NCBI GenBank assembly: GCA_963667465.2 | Contig: CAXXDN010000002.1 | Span: 1,696,001 to 1,760,000 of the forward strand | Length of the DNA stretch: 64,000 nucleotides | From: Dehalococcoidia bacterium | Lineage (GTDB): Bacteria; Chloroflexota; Dehalococcoidia; UBA2979 | Reading direction: 5' to 3' | Part shown: piece after piece, positions 17,368-26,182 of the stretch | Position numbering within the stretch: the stretch's first letter is position 1 | How the letters are laid out: the number at the start of each line of letters is the position of its first letter | Program-made: the position numbers and the translations under genes | The notes under the pieces: model-generated | The model's input: only the letters and a program-made list of their open reading frames with translations | The model's database searches: none | What the model was told of the DNA's origin: nothing

Positions 17368-17577
17368 GTGTCGAGCAGTAACGAGCACCCACTGGCCGGC
17401 CCGGCCACCGATGATGACCCCACGTCGTCCCGGATACGGGTCAGGTGGAAGTCTGGACCGCGGACGCGCGCCTGGGACGAGCTGTGGCGCTGGCTGCTCG
17501 CTCCCGACGAACTCCTTCCCCCTCGCTCCGAGGGAGCGTCCGCAAGCGGTGAGCGGGAACGGCGCCGAGGACGCTGA
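17368..17577 (+). CDS. Small protein upstream of recombinase (directionality factor candidate)
   Basis: GGGAG then GTG; RIRVRWKSGPRTRAWDELWRWLL; function suggested by position only. Confidence 0.45.
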   Translation: MSSSNEHPLAGPATDDDPTSSRIRVRWKSGPRTRAWDELWRWLLAPDELLPPRSEGASASGERERRRGR

Positions 17578-17691
17578 CCAGCGCCCCTCTCCCCGGCTCC
17601 CGCCTTCTACCCGGCCGTTTCGCTTGCCTCGACCGGTAGGCTGGAACGAGCGATGCCGATGACTCACATCCCCGACCCGACGGAGACTGCT

Positions 17692-19254
17692 ATGCGAGCA
17701 ATCATCTACTCCCGCGTCTCGACCGACGCCCAGGAACGCGACGGAACCTCGCTCGATACGCAGGAGCGCGCCCGCGACGAGGTGGCCGCCGACCGCGGCT
17801 GGCGTGTGGTGCGCCGTATCCGCGAAGCCGCGAGCGGCGGGATGCTCGAACGTGACGGCCTCGACGAGTTGCGGGAGGCGCTGCGAAGGGGAGAAGCGGA
17901 GGTGGTCGTCGCCTTTGCCGTTGACCGCCTCTCACGCAGCCAGAACCACATCGGCATCCTCTTCGACGAGTTCGAGCGCGCTGGCGTGCGCCTGGAGTTC
18001 GTGACCGAGCGCTTCGAGGACACGGCCGTGGGGCGCTTCATCCTCGCCGCGCGCGCGTTCATCGCCGAGGTCGAGCGGGAGAAGATCGCCGAGCGCACGA
18101 TGCGCGGCAAGGAGGAGCGGGCGCGCAGCGGGCGCCTCCCGCAGGCGTTCGGGCGCGGCTGCTATGGATACACCTACAACGCCGGCACCGGTCGCCGCGA
18201 GGTTGAGCCGTTCCAGGCTGCGGTCGTCCGGCGCATCTTCGAGCGCTACGCCGCAACCCGCAGCTTCTCGGCCGTCTCCAACGAGCTCAACGAGGCCGGC
18301 ATCCCCGCGTTCTCAGGGGGGCGCTGGTACCCGATCACCGTCCGTCGGTCGCTACTCAACGAGGCCTACATCGGCCGCACGGTGTACCGACGGACAAAGC
18401 GCGTTCGGGTGCCGGCCGCCGGGAGGCGCAGGCGGACGCGTGTCGTCGAGCGGCCCGAGGAGGAGCGGATCGAGATTCCGGACGCCACGCCAGCAATCAT
18501 CGAGCACGACCTGTGGGAGCGCGTCCAGGCGATCCTGAACGACCCCGAGCGCACGAAACGGCGTTCCACGCCGAAGCGAGACTACGTGCTGCGCGGCCGT
18601 CTGCGCTGCGGCGTTTGTCGCAGCGCGATGGTGGGACACACGCTCAGCGCCAAGGGCAAGAGCTACGCGTACTATCGCTGCCGTCACGCCTACGCTCGCA
18701 ACACGGGCCACCACTGTACGGCTCGCTACGTCCCGGCGGAGGCGCTGGAGCAAGAGATCCACGCCGAGGTGCGCAAGGTGCTTACCGCCCCGGAAGTCGT
18801 CCTGAGCGAACTACGACAGCAGGGCGGGTCGGACGCCGACAGTGAAGCGCGCGAGGGCCTTGAGGCGGAACTGGCGGCGCTCCAGAGGCGCGAGGAGCGC
18901 CTTGTGCGGCTCTTCGGCTACGACGAGGTCGACGGCGACGTGGTCCGCGCGCAGTTCCGCGAGGTGCAGCAGCGGCGGGCGATGCTCAACGGCGAGTTGG
19001 CCTCGCTCACAAGCGCCCGAACGCCGCTGGGTGAGGATGTTGATGAAGGGCTCCTTCATGAAGCGTGTGCAGCCATTGCCGCGCGACTCGATGAAGCCGG
19101 ACCGGCGAATCAACAGGTCGTGCTCGAGGCGATGCAGGTGAACGCCACCGCGACCCGCGAAGAAGTGACGATCGAGGGGATTCTGCCGCTCAAACCCGCA
19201 GAATCTGCTCAATCCTGCACTGAGTTTAAGACCATTGAACAAACATCGGTATGA
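17692..19254 (+). CDS. Large serine recombinase (integrase)
   Basis: IYSRVSTDAQ catalytic Ser motif, DRLSR, recombinase domain, zinc ribbon CGVC...YYRC...C, coiled coil. Confidence 0.95.
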   Translation: MRAIIYSRVSTDAQERDGTSLDTQERARDEVAADRGWRVVRRIREAASGGMLERDGLDELREALRRGEAEVVVAFAVDRLSRSQNHIGILFDEFERAGVRLEFVTERFEDTAVGRFILAARAFIAEVEREKIAERTMRGKEERARSGRLPQAFGRGCYGYTYNAGTGRREVEPFQAAVVRRIFERYAATRSFSAVSNELNEAGIPAFSGGRWYPITVRRSLLNEAYIGRTVYRRTKRVRVPAAGRRRRTRVVERPEEERIEIPDATPAIIEHDLWERVQAILNDPERTKRRSTPKRDYVLRGRLRCGVCRSAMVGHTLSAKGKSYAYYRCRHAYARNTGHHCTARYVPAEALEQEIHAEVRKVLTAPEVVLSELRQQGGSDADSEAREGLEAELAALQRREERLVRLFGYDEVDGDVVRAQFREVQQRRAMLNGELASLTSARTPLGEDVDEGLLHEACAAIAARLDEAGPANQQVVLEAMQVNATATREEVTIEGILPLKPAESAQSCTEFKTIEQTSV

Positions 19255-19350
19255 AGCTCCGGTCGTGCGAAAAAGGGTGCGCCAGGTTGTACCTGGCGCT
19301 CTCGTTCTGACGTCCGTCACGCCCGGCGCTCATGATCAGTCCTCGTGCGA
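19231..19350 (+). repeat. att-like repeat copy 1 (overlaps recombinase stop)
   Basis: ACCA-N16-ATGAAGCTCCGGTCGTGCGAAAAAGGGTGCGCCAGG; 36-bp core 19251-19286 is identical at 28248 and 34129. Confidence 0.9.
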
Positions 19351-19413
19351 CTCCTGCAGCCACACCTTCCACGTGGGCTTGGGTGCTCGTGTGCCTGAGC
19401 CGCCTTCGAGAGC

Positions 19414-19575
19414 CTAGCCTTTGTCGCGTTGGAGAAGCCTAGTGCAGTTGGAGCAGACTGGCTTGTCGCCGCTGCCCTCGATGCGTCGCGCCAGCGACAC
19501 GGTCTTCCAATCTGGGCATTCAGTGCTGATGTGGTGCGTGAATCCGCCTGCTGCGTGCATAGGGTTCATCCTCAT
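19414..19575 (-). CDS. Small putative metal-binding protein
   Basis: HH...C...GSGDKPVCSNC motif; start uncertain. Confidence 0.45.
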   Translation of the reverse strand: MRMNPMHAAGGFTHHISTECPDWKTVSLARRIEGSGDKPVCSNCTRLLQRDKG

Positions 19576-19796
19576 CACAGCCATCCTTTCGTCGGCCCAG
19601 CGGGCCTGTGTTGAGGGAAGCGCTCCCGTCTCGCACCGGACGCAGGCGCTGGCTCTCATGCGGGAGTGCCAGATCCTGTTCGCCAACGAACGCGAGGTCC
19701 AGTTTCTTGTGACGCTCTTTGGCCGATCGTGCCCGTGTCAACTCTGGGCACGCTGCATGGGGAGTGCGATTGTAGGCCACACGGCCGGCCTGCGCG

Positions 19797-20513
19797 TTAT
19801 GAGCCTGCCCTCTGCTCCCACCTCTTGAGCAAGCTGCCCCTGTCCCTGATGGGACCCCAGTCGAGGCCTCTGAAGCTGCGGTCGGCATTGATCCGCTCGA
19901 TGATGTCGCGCAGCACCGCAACGCCCGCCTGGGACCAACCGTTAGCCAGGGCCCACGGGACTATTTCGTCGGCGTTGAGATCATGATCCCACCGCCTGAG
20001 GTACTGAAGTCTGCGTATAGCGTCAGTCCGGTCTCGACCTGTTGCAAGGTCGTTTGCCAAGTTGACGACAGTTGTGATGTCCTCCATGGCGGCTAGTACA
20101 ACGCCGTCCCTGATGCCCGGAACGAGAGGCTCACTGGCGGGCGCAGTGACGTCTCGGGCCCCGCGAGCTGTTAGCCAATCCCGACAGCTGTCTTCCACCC
20201 ACTTCAGGATGCATACGGAGGTAATGCGCTCGGACCAGCGATCGATGCACTCAAGAACCTTGTCATCGGACCAAGGAGCGAGCACGGGACCACCCGGCCA
20301 GTCGTGAGGCGGGAAATTCCTCGGGATGCTCCACCGCACACCACTCGACGTGAGCGCGCGGATTACATCGTTCGATGACGCCTGCCTAGTCGTCGGCACA
20401 AGAATGAATGCAATGCCCTCGCGCGCATGCTCGGCGAGCCACCGCCTTCCCAGTTCGGCGGCCTGAGGGCTGCCGCCGAGCGCTTGGACGTGTGGAACGT
20501 AGTACACGAGCAC
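19797..20513 (-). CDS. Hypothetical protein (238 aa)
   Basis: Globular-looking ORF with GGGAGG RBS; no recognised motif. Confidence 0.65.
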   Translation of the reverse strand: MLVYYVPHVQALGGSPQAAELGRRWLAEHAREGIAFILVPTTRQASSNDVIRALTSSGVRWSIPRNFPPHDWPGGPVLAPWSDDKVLECIDRWSERITSVCILKWVEDSCRDWLTARGARDVTAPASEPLVPGIRDGVVLAAMEDITTVVNLANDLATGRDRTDAIRRLQYLRRWDHDLNADEIVPWALANGWSQAGVAVLRDIIERINADRSFRGLDWGPIRDRGSLLKRWEQRAGS

Positions 20514-20672
20514 CTGATACCTCCCGACCTATCCAGTTGCGGGTGTGCGGTCACAAGTCGCGTTCGGAGCGCTCACCGTGCTCTGCAGGGAGCGGACCCG
20601 CGCAGAACCAGAAACATGGGCCACTAAGTGCCAGGCCGGAGGAACTGATGGTCCCTGAGACTGGCTTCCCCT

Positions 20673-21251
20673 CTATCGTGGTGCAACTCGCTTGCGCTTC
20701 CGCGCCGCGTTCTGTCTCGCCACCCCGGTGACGTTCAAACGGTACCGCGCCATGGTCTCACTGACGCCGTGACGCTTTGCGATATCGCTTGCGGTCGCCC
20801 CTCGACGGATCTCCGCAAGGAGTAGCGGTCGAGGAAGGAGAAGGCACCCAGACAACCAGGCTGCCTCCTCCTCCTGAACAGGATCACAAGAGAGGAAGGT
20901 GACGTCGCCGAGCGTTTCGATTCGGCTCAGGTCGTGGTCGAGCAGGATGTGCCCGAGTTCGTGCGCAAGGTCACTCGCCCGGCGGGGGGGCGCAGACAGG
21001 GGATTGAACACGATCACTACGCGATCGTCTGAAGGACGGAACGTGCAGGCTGAGAACGCATCGGGCTGTAGCTCATCGAGGGCAACGAATCGGCTGCGCG
21101 GGATCAAGTCCTCTCCCGATCGGACCTCGACACCGAGGAGTTCCGCTAGGGCCTCGGGCGTGACCGGGTCAGCAGCCGCCAACCCGAGGTCCACCCTCAC
21201 GCTCTTCGCGATCCTCTCCGCTTCTGACTTGAACCCCCTACGAAGCGCCAT
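20673..21251 (-). CDS. ImmA/IrrE (CapP-like) metallopeptidase
   Basis: Intact LAHELGH and QEEEAAWLSGCLLLP. Confidence 0.9.
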   Translation of the reverse strand: MALRRGFKSEAERIAKSVRVDLGLAAADPVTPEALAELLGVEVRSGEDLIPRSRFVALDELQPDAFSACTFRPSDDRVVIVFNPLSAPPRRASDLAHELGHILLDHDLSRIETLGDVTFLSCDPVQEEEAAWLSGCLLLPRPLLLAEIRRGATASDIAKRHGVSETMARYRLNVTGVARQNAARKRKRVAPR

Positions 21252-21708
21252 CCTGTGATTCCCTCAAGAGCGCCTCGTGCAGGTCGTTCACCAGTTCCCC
21301 GAGGGTGTGAGCAGCGTCGGGCCTGAACGTCTTCGCTGCCCTCAGATGCACCGCCGCGACTCTTTCAGGACGGGCCAACGCCGCGTAGAGGTCCTTTACG
21401 ATCCCTGCGATTCGATCAGCCGCATCCGGGGGAAGATTGCGATCCGAGCGAAGGTGCTCCGCGATCACGTCAGTGGTCACCGCAGCTTTCTCGAGGGGCT
21501 CGAAGAACTCGGCGATGTCCGCCCCACACCACTCGACGAGACGCTTGAACTTCGGTAGGTCCGGTACGTGGCCTTTCTCGACTCGGGCCAGGGTGTTGAA
21601 CGGAATCCCGACGGTGTCGGCGGCCTCGCGGAGACTCATTCCGCGCCGGTTCCGCTCGGCCGCGACGAGCCGTCCTAGGTCACCGAGGTCGCGGTTGCCA
21701 GCCGCCAC
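21238..21708 (-). CDS. XRE-family (CapH-like) regulator
   Basis: RGMSLREAADTVGIPFNTLARVEKG HTH; overlaps the peptidase gene and is divergent from the Ubl operon. Confidence 0.85.
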   Translation of the reverse strand: MAAGNRDLGDLGRLVAAERNRRGMSLREAADTVGIPFNTLARVEKGHVPDLPKFKRLVEWCGADIAEFFEPLEKAAVTTDVIAEHLRSDRNLPPDAADRIAGIVKDLYAALARPERVAAVHLRAAKTFRPDAAHTLGELVNDLHEALLRESQDGAS

Positions 21709-21751
21709 ACGTCCCCCTGTGCGTAAAGTGGTACGCCGCACCAAGCGCAGT

Positions 21752-21804
21752 TTGACACAACTGGCCGCCGCGCGCTAGGTTGGTGCTGTACCGATTACGG
21801 TACA
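21752..21804 (+). promoter_or_regulatory. Promoter and palindromic operator of Ubl operon
   Basis: TTGACA 21752-57, TAGGTT 21776-81, then TGTACCG-ATTA-CGGTACA 21787-21804. Confidence 0.65.
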
Positions 21805-21837
21805 CCAGTGCACAAGTGGTTCAGAGGAGGATCCGCG

Positions 21838-22089
21838 ATGCCTGACGACAAGGACAAGATCACGATCATTGTGAACGGCCGCGAGCGGATCGTCACGTCG
21901 GACGAGCTCTCGTTCAGCGAAGTGCTCGCACTCGCCTTCGACCCGTTGCCTTCGGGTCCGAACTGGGAGTTCACCGTCACCTACCGTAACGGCGCTGGCC
22001 GCCCGCCCGATGGTCGGCTCCGCCCCGGCGGTCAGGTCAAGGTCGAGGACGGAACCGTCTTCAATGCCACCGCAACTGATAAGTCGTAG
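21838..22089 (+). CDS. Multiubiquitin-domain (Ubl) protein
   Basis: ITIIVNGRER...LSFSEVLALAF...FTVTY...VKVEDGTVFNATATDKS beta-grasp pattern; GAGGAGG RBS. Confidence 0.85.
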   Translation: MPDDKDKITIIVNGRERIVTSDELSFSEVLALAFDPLPSGPNWEFTVTYRNGAGRPPDGRLRPGGQVKVEDGTVFNATATDKS

Positions 22090-23236
22090 CCCCGATCTCC
22101 AGCGGCTCGCGGACGAGGGCTACGAAATCGAGGTGCGCGGCGGCCACCTCCTGCTGAAGCAAGTTCCCTACGTAACCGAGGAGCGTGTCGTCGAGCGCGC
22201 CACTCTCGTCTCCCCACTCGACCTCGCAGGGGATGTCGCTGCCCGCCCGAGCAGTCATGTCGTGATGTTTACTGGGCGGGCACCGTGCAACAGCGACGGG
22301 AAGCCTCTAAGCAACATCATTCATTCTGCTGGTCAGTGGGACCTGGGCGGCGGCCTGGTCGCTCGGCACAAGTTCTCAAGCAAGCCGGCAGCCGGCTACG
22401 CGGACTACTACGCGAAGATGTCGACGTACGCGGAAATCCTGTCCGGCTACGCGCAGGCCATCGACCCTGCAGCGACGGCTCGGACGTTCATTGTGGTCCC
22501 CGAGGAGGACACAAACTCGGTGTTCCAGTACGTCGATACAGCGTCGAGCCGGTCCGAAATCGCTGCGATCACAGAGAAGCTCACGCTCGCTGCGGTAGCG
22601 ATCGTTGGGCTCGGGGGCACGGGATCGTACATTCTCGATCTCGTCGCGAAGACGCCGGTCGGCGAGATCCACCTCTTCGACGGCGACGTCTTTGGCCAGC
22701 ACAACGCCTTCCGGGCTCCCGGCGCGCCATCGGTCAACGTACTCAGGGCACGACCCAGGAAGTCCGACTACCTCCGCAGCATCTATTCCAACATGCACCG
22801 CAACATCATCGGTCACGGCTACCTCGATCAGGGCACAACCGACATTCTGTCATCCATGGACTTCGCGTTCGTGGCCGTGGATGACGCCGATGCCAGGAGG
22901 CTGGCGGTCGAGACGCTGCTGGGCGCCGGCGTACGGTTCGTCGATGTGGGGATGGGTGTTAGCGAGGTTGACGGGGCGTTGCTCGGGCAGTTGCGAGTCA
23001 CGTCTGCGACGCCGGACGACCGCGATCACGTTCTCTCGACGATCCCACTTATGCCCCCACCCGGGGATGACGACTATTCGCAGAATATCCAGATCGCGGA
23101 CCTCAACGCGCTGAACGCCGCCCTCGCCGTCCTTAAGTGGAAGAAGCTCATGGGGTTCTACCTGGATCTGGGACAGGAGCACTCCAGCTGGTACCAGATT
23201 GACGGCAACCACCTGGTCAATGAAGCGCGAGCATGA
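22064..23236 (+). CDS. DUF6791 (E2-like) + ThiF/E1 fusion
   Basis: LISRSPDLQRLADEGY N-domain; IVGLGGTGS nucleotide loop; DGD...HNAFRAPG. Confidence 0.85.
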   Translation: MPPQLISRSPDLQRLADEGYEIEVRGGHLLLKQVPYVTEERVVERATLVSPLDLAGDVAARPSSHVVMFTGRAPCNSDGKPLSNIIHSAGQWDLGGGLVARHKFSSKPAAGYADYYAKMSTYAEILSGYAQAIDPAATARTFIVVPEEDTNSVFQYVDTASSRSEIAAITEKLTLAAVAIVGLGGTGSYILDLVAKTPVGEIHLFDGDVFGQHNAFRAPGAPSVNVLRARPRKSDYLRSIYSNMHRNIIGHGYLDQGTTDILSSMDFAFVAVDDADARRLAVETLLGAGVRFVDVGMGVSEVDGALLGQLRVTSATPDDRDHVLSTIPLMPPPGDDDYSQNIQIADLNALNAALAVLKWKKLMGFYLDLGQEHSSWYQIDGNHLVNEARA

Positions 23237-23598
23237 GCCGTAGAGCGGCCCTCGATCACGAGTTCGTCCATCACATCCCAGAGCATCTTGCCGATGGGGT
23301 GCTGTACGTCTCTGTCGCCTTCGCGACGGCCCTGCACAGGTGTTGCTGCGGATGCGGCAACGAGGTCGTGACCCCGCTCAGCGCACACGATTGGAGCCTG
23401 ACCTTTGACGGCGAGTCGATCTCTCTCTGCCCGTCGATAGGCAACTCGAGCTTCGAGTGCCAGTCGCACTACTACATCCGGCGCAACAAAGTCATCTGGC
23501 TGCGCTCCTTCGCGGAGACGGAGTCCGAGCCACGCCTGCCTCTCTGGCGGCGGATCGTGCCGAGGTGGCTGAAGGTGCCGAGAGCGGGTCGAGGGTGA
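23233..23598 (+). CDS. DUF6527-family protein
   Basis: HRCCCGCG..VVTPL...W...PSIGN...CQSHY; ATGA overlap. Confidence 0.85.
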   Translation: MSRRAALDHEFVHHIPEHLADGVLYVSVAFATALHRCCCGCGNEVVTPLSAHDWSLTFDGESISLCPSIGNSSFECQSHYYIRRNKVIWLRSFAETESEPRLPLWRRIVPRWLKVPRAGRG

Positions 23599-23683
23599 CC
23601 CGCGCGAAACTCGGAGACACACGTTGAGGGTCGACCAGTGAGGCAACACTAGCCCGGCGGCCCGCAAGCTCAGGGTATGAACC

Positions 23684-24550
23684 ATGGCTGAAAACGCTGA
23701 ACCGCGACCACCCTTTCCTGCAGACTACGAATCCTCGCGCCGGCGAGTCACATTGGCGCTCGTCGCGTACCGCTACAACGACTTCGCGAGGCTGCACCAG
23801 ATGCTCACTTGGTGCGATCCGCGAGTCCCGCGCAACTGGTCAAGCTGGGCTCCCCTCTTCCTCCCGGCTGTGCTTCTCGTGATCATCGGGTCAGTACTCG
23901 ATCACGCACGTGTGACTGATGCGACGGAACTTGCAGCTGCACTCTTCCTGCTTGTCGGGATCCCCTTCTCGTACGCGTTCCTCGTTGGGTTTCCACTGGC
24001 TTGGCTACTGACGAGTGCGCTCAGCCCCCAAGTTAGAGCGTCCCTCGAGCGCCGAGTGCGTGAGTGCTTGGTGACGTTCTTCGATCTGTACGGCAAATCG
24101 ATCCCCACCGGAGACGGAAATCGAGGCTCGCTCACCGCATTGGGGGACGACCTAGGGCCCGTGAATCGGCCACGCCCGAGCCTATCGGCCTGGAGTAAAG
24201 CCTGGGTGCTCCTCATCGGCACCTCTGCGGTGTTCGTGCGCAGCTGGGTTGGAGACGGGAGCGATGCGGAATCGCTTACCGCGTTCGTTGAGGCATCGTC
24301 CTCGTCCTGGAGCATTCCTGCGCTCCTGATTGGGCTCTCGCTCATCGTCACCTCGCGCTTGGCCGAACAGGCAAACCGCGATCTCTATGAGGCTGAACTG
24401 CAACCCCCACTGAAGGAGCTGTCCGCAGAGTTCGGGAATGTGGCCGACTTGGCTCGATACCCCGGTTCTCTTGTGACCGACGTTGTCGGTGTGGCGGGGG
24501 TGGCCTTGGTCACAGCGGCGGTCGTGGCACTCGCCGCGAACCTAACGTAG
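23684..24550 (+). CDS. Hypothetical multi-pass membrane protein
   Basis: About five hydrophobic segments; no recognised family. Confidence 0.6.
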   Translation: MAENAEPRPPFPADYESSRRRVTLALVAYRYNDFARLHQMLTWCDPRVPRNWSSWAPLFLPAVLLVIIGSVLDHARVTDATELAAALFLLVGIPFSYAFLVGFPLAWLLTSALSPQVRASLERRVRECLVTFFDLYGKSIPTGDGNRGSLTALGDDLGPVNRPRPSLSAWSKAWVLLIGTSAVFVRSWVGDGSDAESLTAFVEASSSSWSIPALLIGLSLIVTSRLAEQANRDLYEAELQPPLKELSAEFGNVADLARYPGSLVTDVVGVAGVALVTAAVVALAANLT

Positions 24551-24733
24551 CGACGGTACACGCAGCCGGCGTGGCGAGAGCTCCACGACGGGACGCGCAT
24601 CACCCCTGGCGCGTGAGGTCCAACATCCTGAGCTGAACCCCGCCCTACGAGCTCGCGCGGGGGCAAGCCAGTGCGTGCCAGCTGGAGCAGGGTTTGCTAG
24701 CATCCACGCTAGAGGAAACGACGGGGAGGGTGC

Positions 24734-24964
24734 GTGCCTGAGCCACAGAACGTGACAGACGCCGAACCTGCCGAGGTTGGCCGCACGATGGCGAACCAGC
24801 TGCTAGCGTGGCGCCCAACAATGAACTCGGAAGATGTATCGAGAGCCATGATGCGTGCTCTTGAGCACTATTCCGCACGAACTGAAGGATCGTCTGAGTC
24901 AGGACTCCGAGGGATCATCTACCACTTGCAAGATGCCCTGGAACAGCGGCTGAAGTCCATCTAA
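24734..24964 (+). CDS. Small hypothetical protein
   Basis: GGAGG RBS before GTG; helical-looking sequence. Confidence 0.45.
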   Translation: MPEPQNVTDAEPAEVGRTMANQLLAWRPTMNSEDVSRAMMRALEHYSARTEGSSESGLRGIIYHLQDALEQRLKSI

Positions 24965-24973
24965 GGGGCAGGC

Positions 24974-26182
24974 CTACGGCGCCCCTGACGCTTGCGTGCC
25001 GGCGGCCGACGGGAGCGCTGGGATCGCTCGGGACTCTGGGAATTCGATAGCGTAGTTCGGAGTGAACGGCTGGGTTGTGACTCGGGCCGACTCGATGCGA
25101 TCAAGCCGGTACGCTCGGTGCTCACGACTCTCCGCCCGTAGCGCGTGGAGAAGGATGTCCCCCGCCCGTGACTGCCTCAACGAGTACGGCTCAATCAGCC
25201 GATTCCCACCCTGGTACCCAAGATCAACGAGCAAGCGGTTCACAGCTGCAAACCGGACGGGCTCAATGCGGTTCCCCAACCCCGTCGTCCAGAAGGTCGG
25301 TGGCGGTGTCCAGAGATCGTCCTCCGCCGCCAGCGGTACGGGCTCAGGGGACTCTTCACCGTTGAGCCAGGCGAAGAGCCGCGGCAGCTCGGACCAGAAG
25401 TGGTTGAAGTCCGGGAGGGCTCTCAACTGGTGGTCGAGCATGTTCGCCCACTCGGTTTCGAGCTCGTCGAACATCGGGGAAGTCCGGATGCTCTCGACTG
25501 AAGGGATGGCGATCCCTTTCGACGAGCACTTCTCGGCCAGGATCTCGCGGACCAGTGCGGCGTACGGCAAGAGGTCCGGCCGACGGAAGAGGTTGATGAT
25601 GTCGTAGAGGTCCCGCGGCCTCGACCGCTCGCCCATCGCGCGCAGCTTCTCGGCGAAGACCTCCTCGAAGCCGTAGCAGCGAACTTGCGCCGGCTCGGGC
25701 AGTGCATCGGGATAGTCGTGGCTGATGGACCTCAGGACCGACGGCCGCACCACGACTTCGTCTGTGGTCAGGTCGAGCTTGATGCTCGCTGGACCGGGCG
25801 CGTTGCGCGGCCCGCGATAGTAGAGTCGCCCCTCTGCTGATGCTCCGGACGAACGGCTCCTGCAGATGGGTGGTCGCACCGCGAAGTCGATGCCGGACTC
25901 CTGACTGACACGGTCGAGTACACGCTCGACCGCCGCGAGCACCTCTTCCGGCTCTATCGGCCCCTTTTCAAGAACCGTGAAGTCGAGGTCCTCGGAGAAC
26001 CGGTACGTCTCGATGTAGCACTTCTTCAGGCACGTCCCGCCCTTGAAAACCCACGTCCGGCCGAGTAGTGGGTCGGCCCCGATACCCCATAGCACCCACC
26101 CGAGGGCGTAGTCCTTCTCGACTACGTCCTCGCGGAGACCCCAGGCGCGCACGCGGTCGTCGATGTCGGCACGACCGATCAC
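24974..26182 (-). CDS. AbiEii nucleotidyltransferase toxin with C-terminal WYL-like domain
   Basis: VEKDY, FKGGTCLKK, RFSEDLDF, EKLRA, RPRDLYD; tail LIEPYSL...RAYRLDRIESARVT is WYL-like. Confidence 0.88.
   Translation of the reverse strand: MIGRADIDDRVRAWGLREDVVEKDYALGWVLWGIGADPLLGRTWVFKGGTCLKKCYIETYRFSEDLDFTVLEKGPIEPEEVLAAVERVLDRVSQESGIDFAVRPPICRSRSSGASAEGRLYYRGPRNAPGPASIKLDLTTDEVVVRPSVLRSISHDYPDALPEPAQVRCYGFEEVFAEKLRAMGERSRPRDLYDIINLFRRPDLLPYAALVREILAEKCSSKGIAIPSVESIRTSPMFDELETEWANMLDHQLRALPDFNHFWSELPRLFAWLNGEESPEPVPLAAEDDLWTPPPTFWTTGLGNRIEPVRFAAVNRLLVDLGYQGGNRLIEPYSLRQSRAGDILLHALRAESREHRAYRLDRIESARVTTQPFTPNYAIEFPESRAIPALPSAAGTQASGAP

Larger units (their letters stand above)
1..19290. mobile_element. 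Integrative conjugative element (right part; left end outside window)
   Basis: Co-located T4SS genes (VirB4, PrgI, pilins, VirB6-like), coupling ATPase, Replic_Relax relaxase, ImmR/ImmA-like regulators and a terminal large serine recombinase. Sequence is visibly more GC-rich than the downstream cargo. Confidence 0.85.

Noticed and set aside
21838-23598. CBASS (Cap2/Cap3) or ThiS/ThiF thiamine genes
   Set aside because: No CD-NTase, JAB or effector, no thi genes, and the Ubl lacks the GG end.
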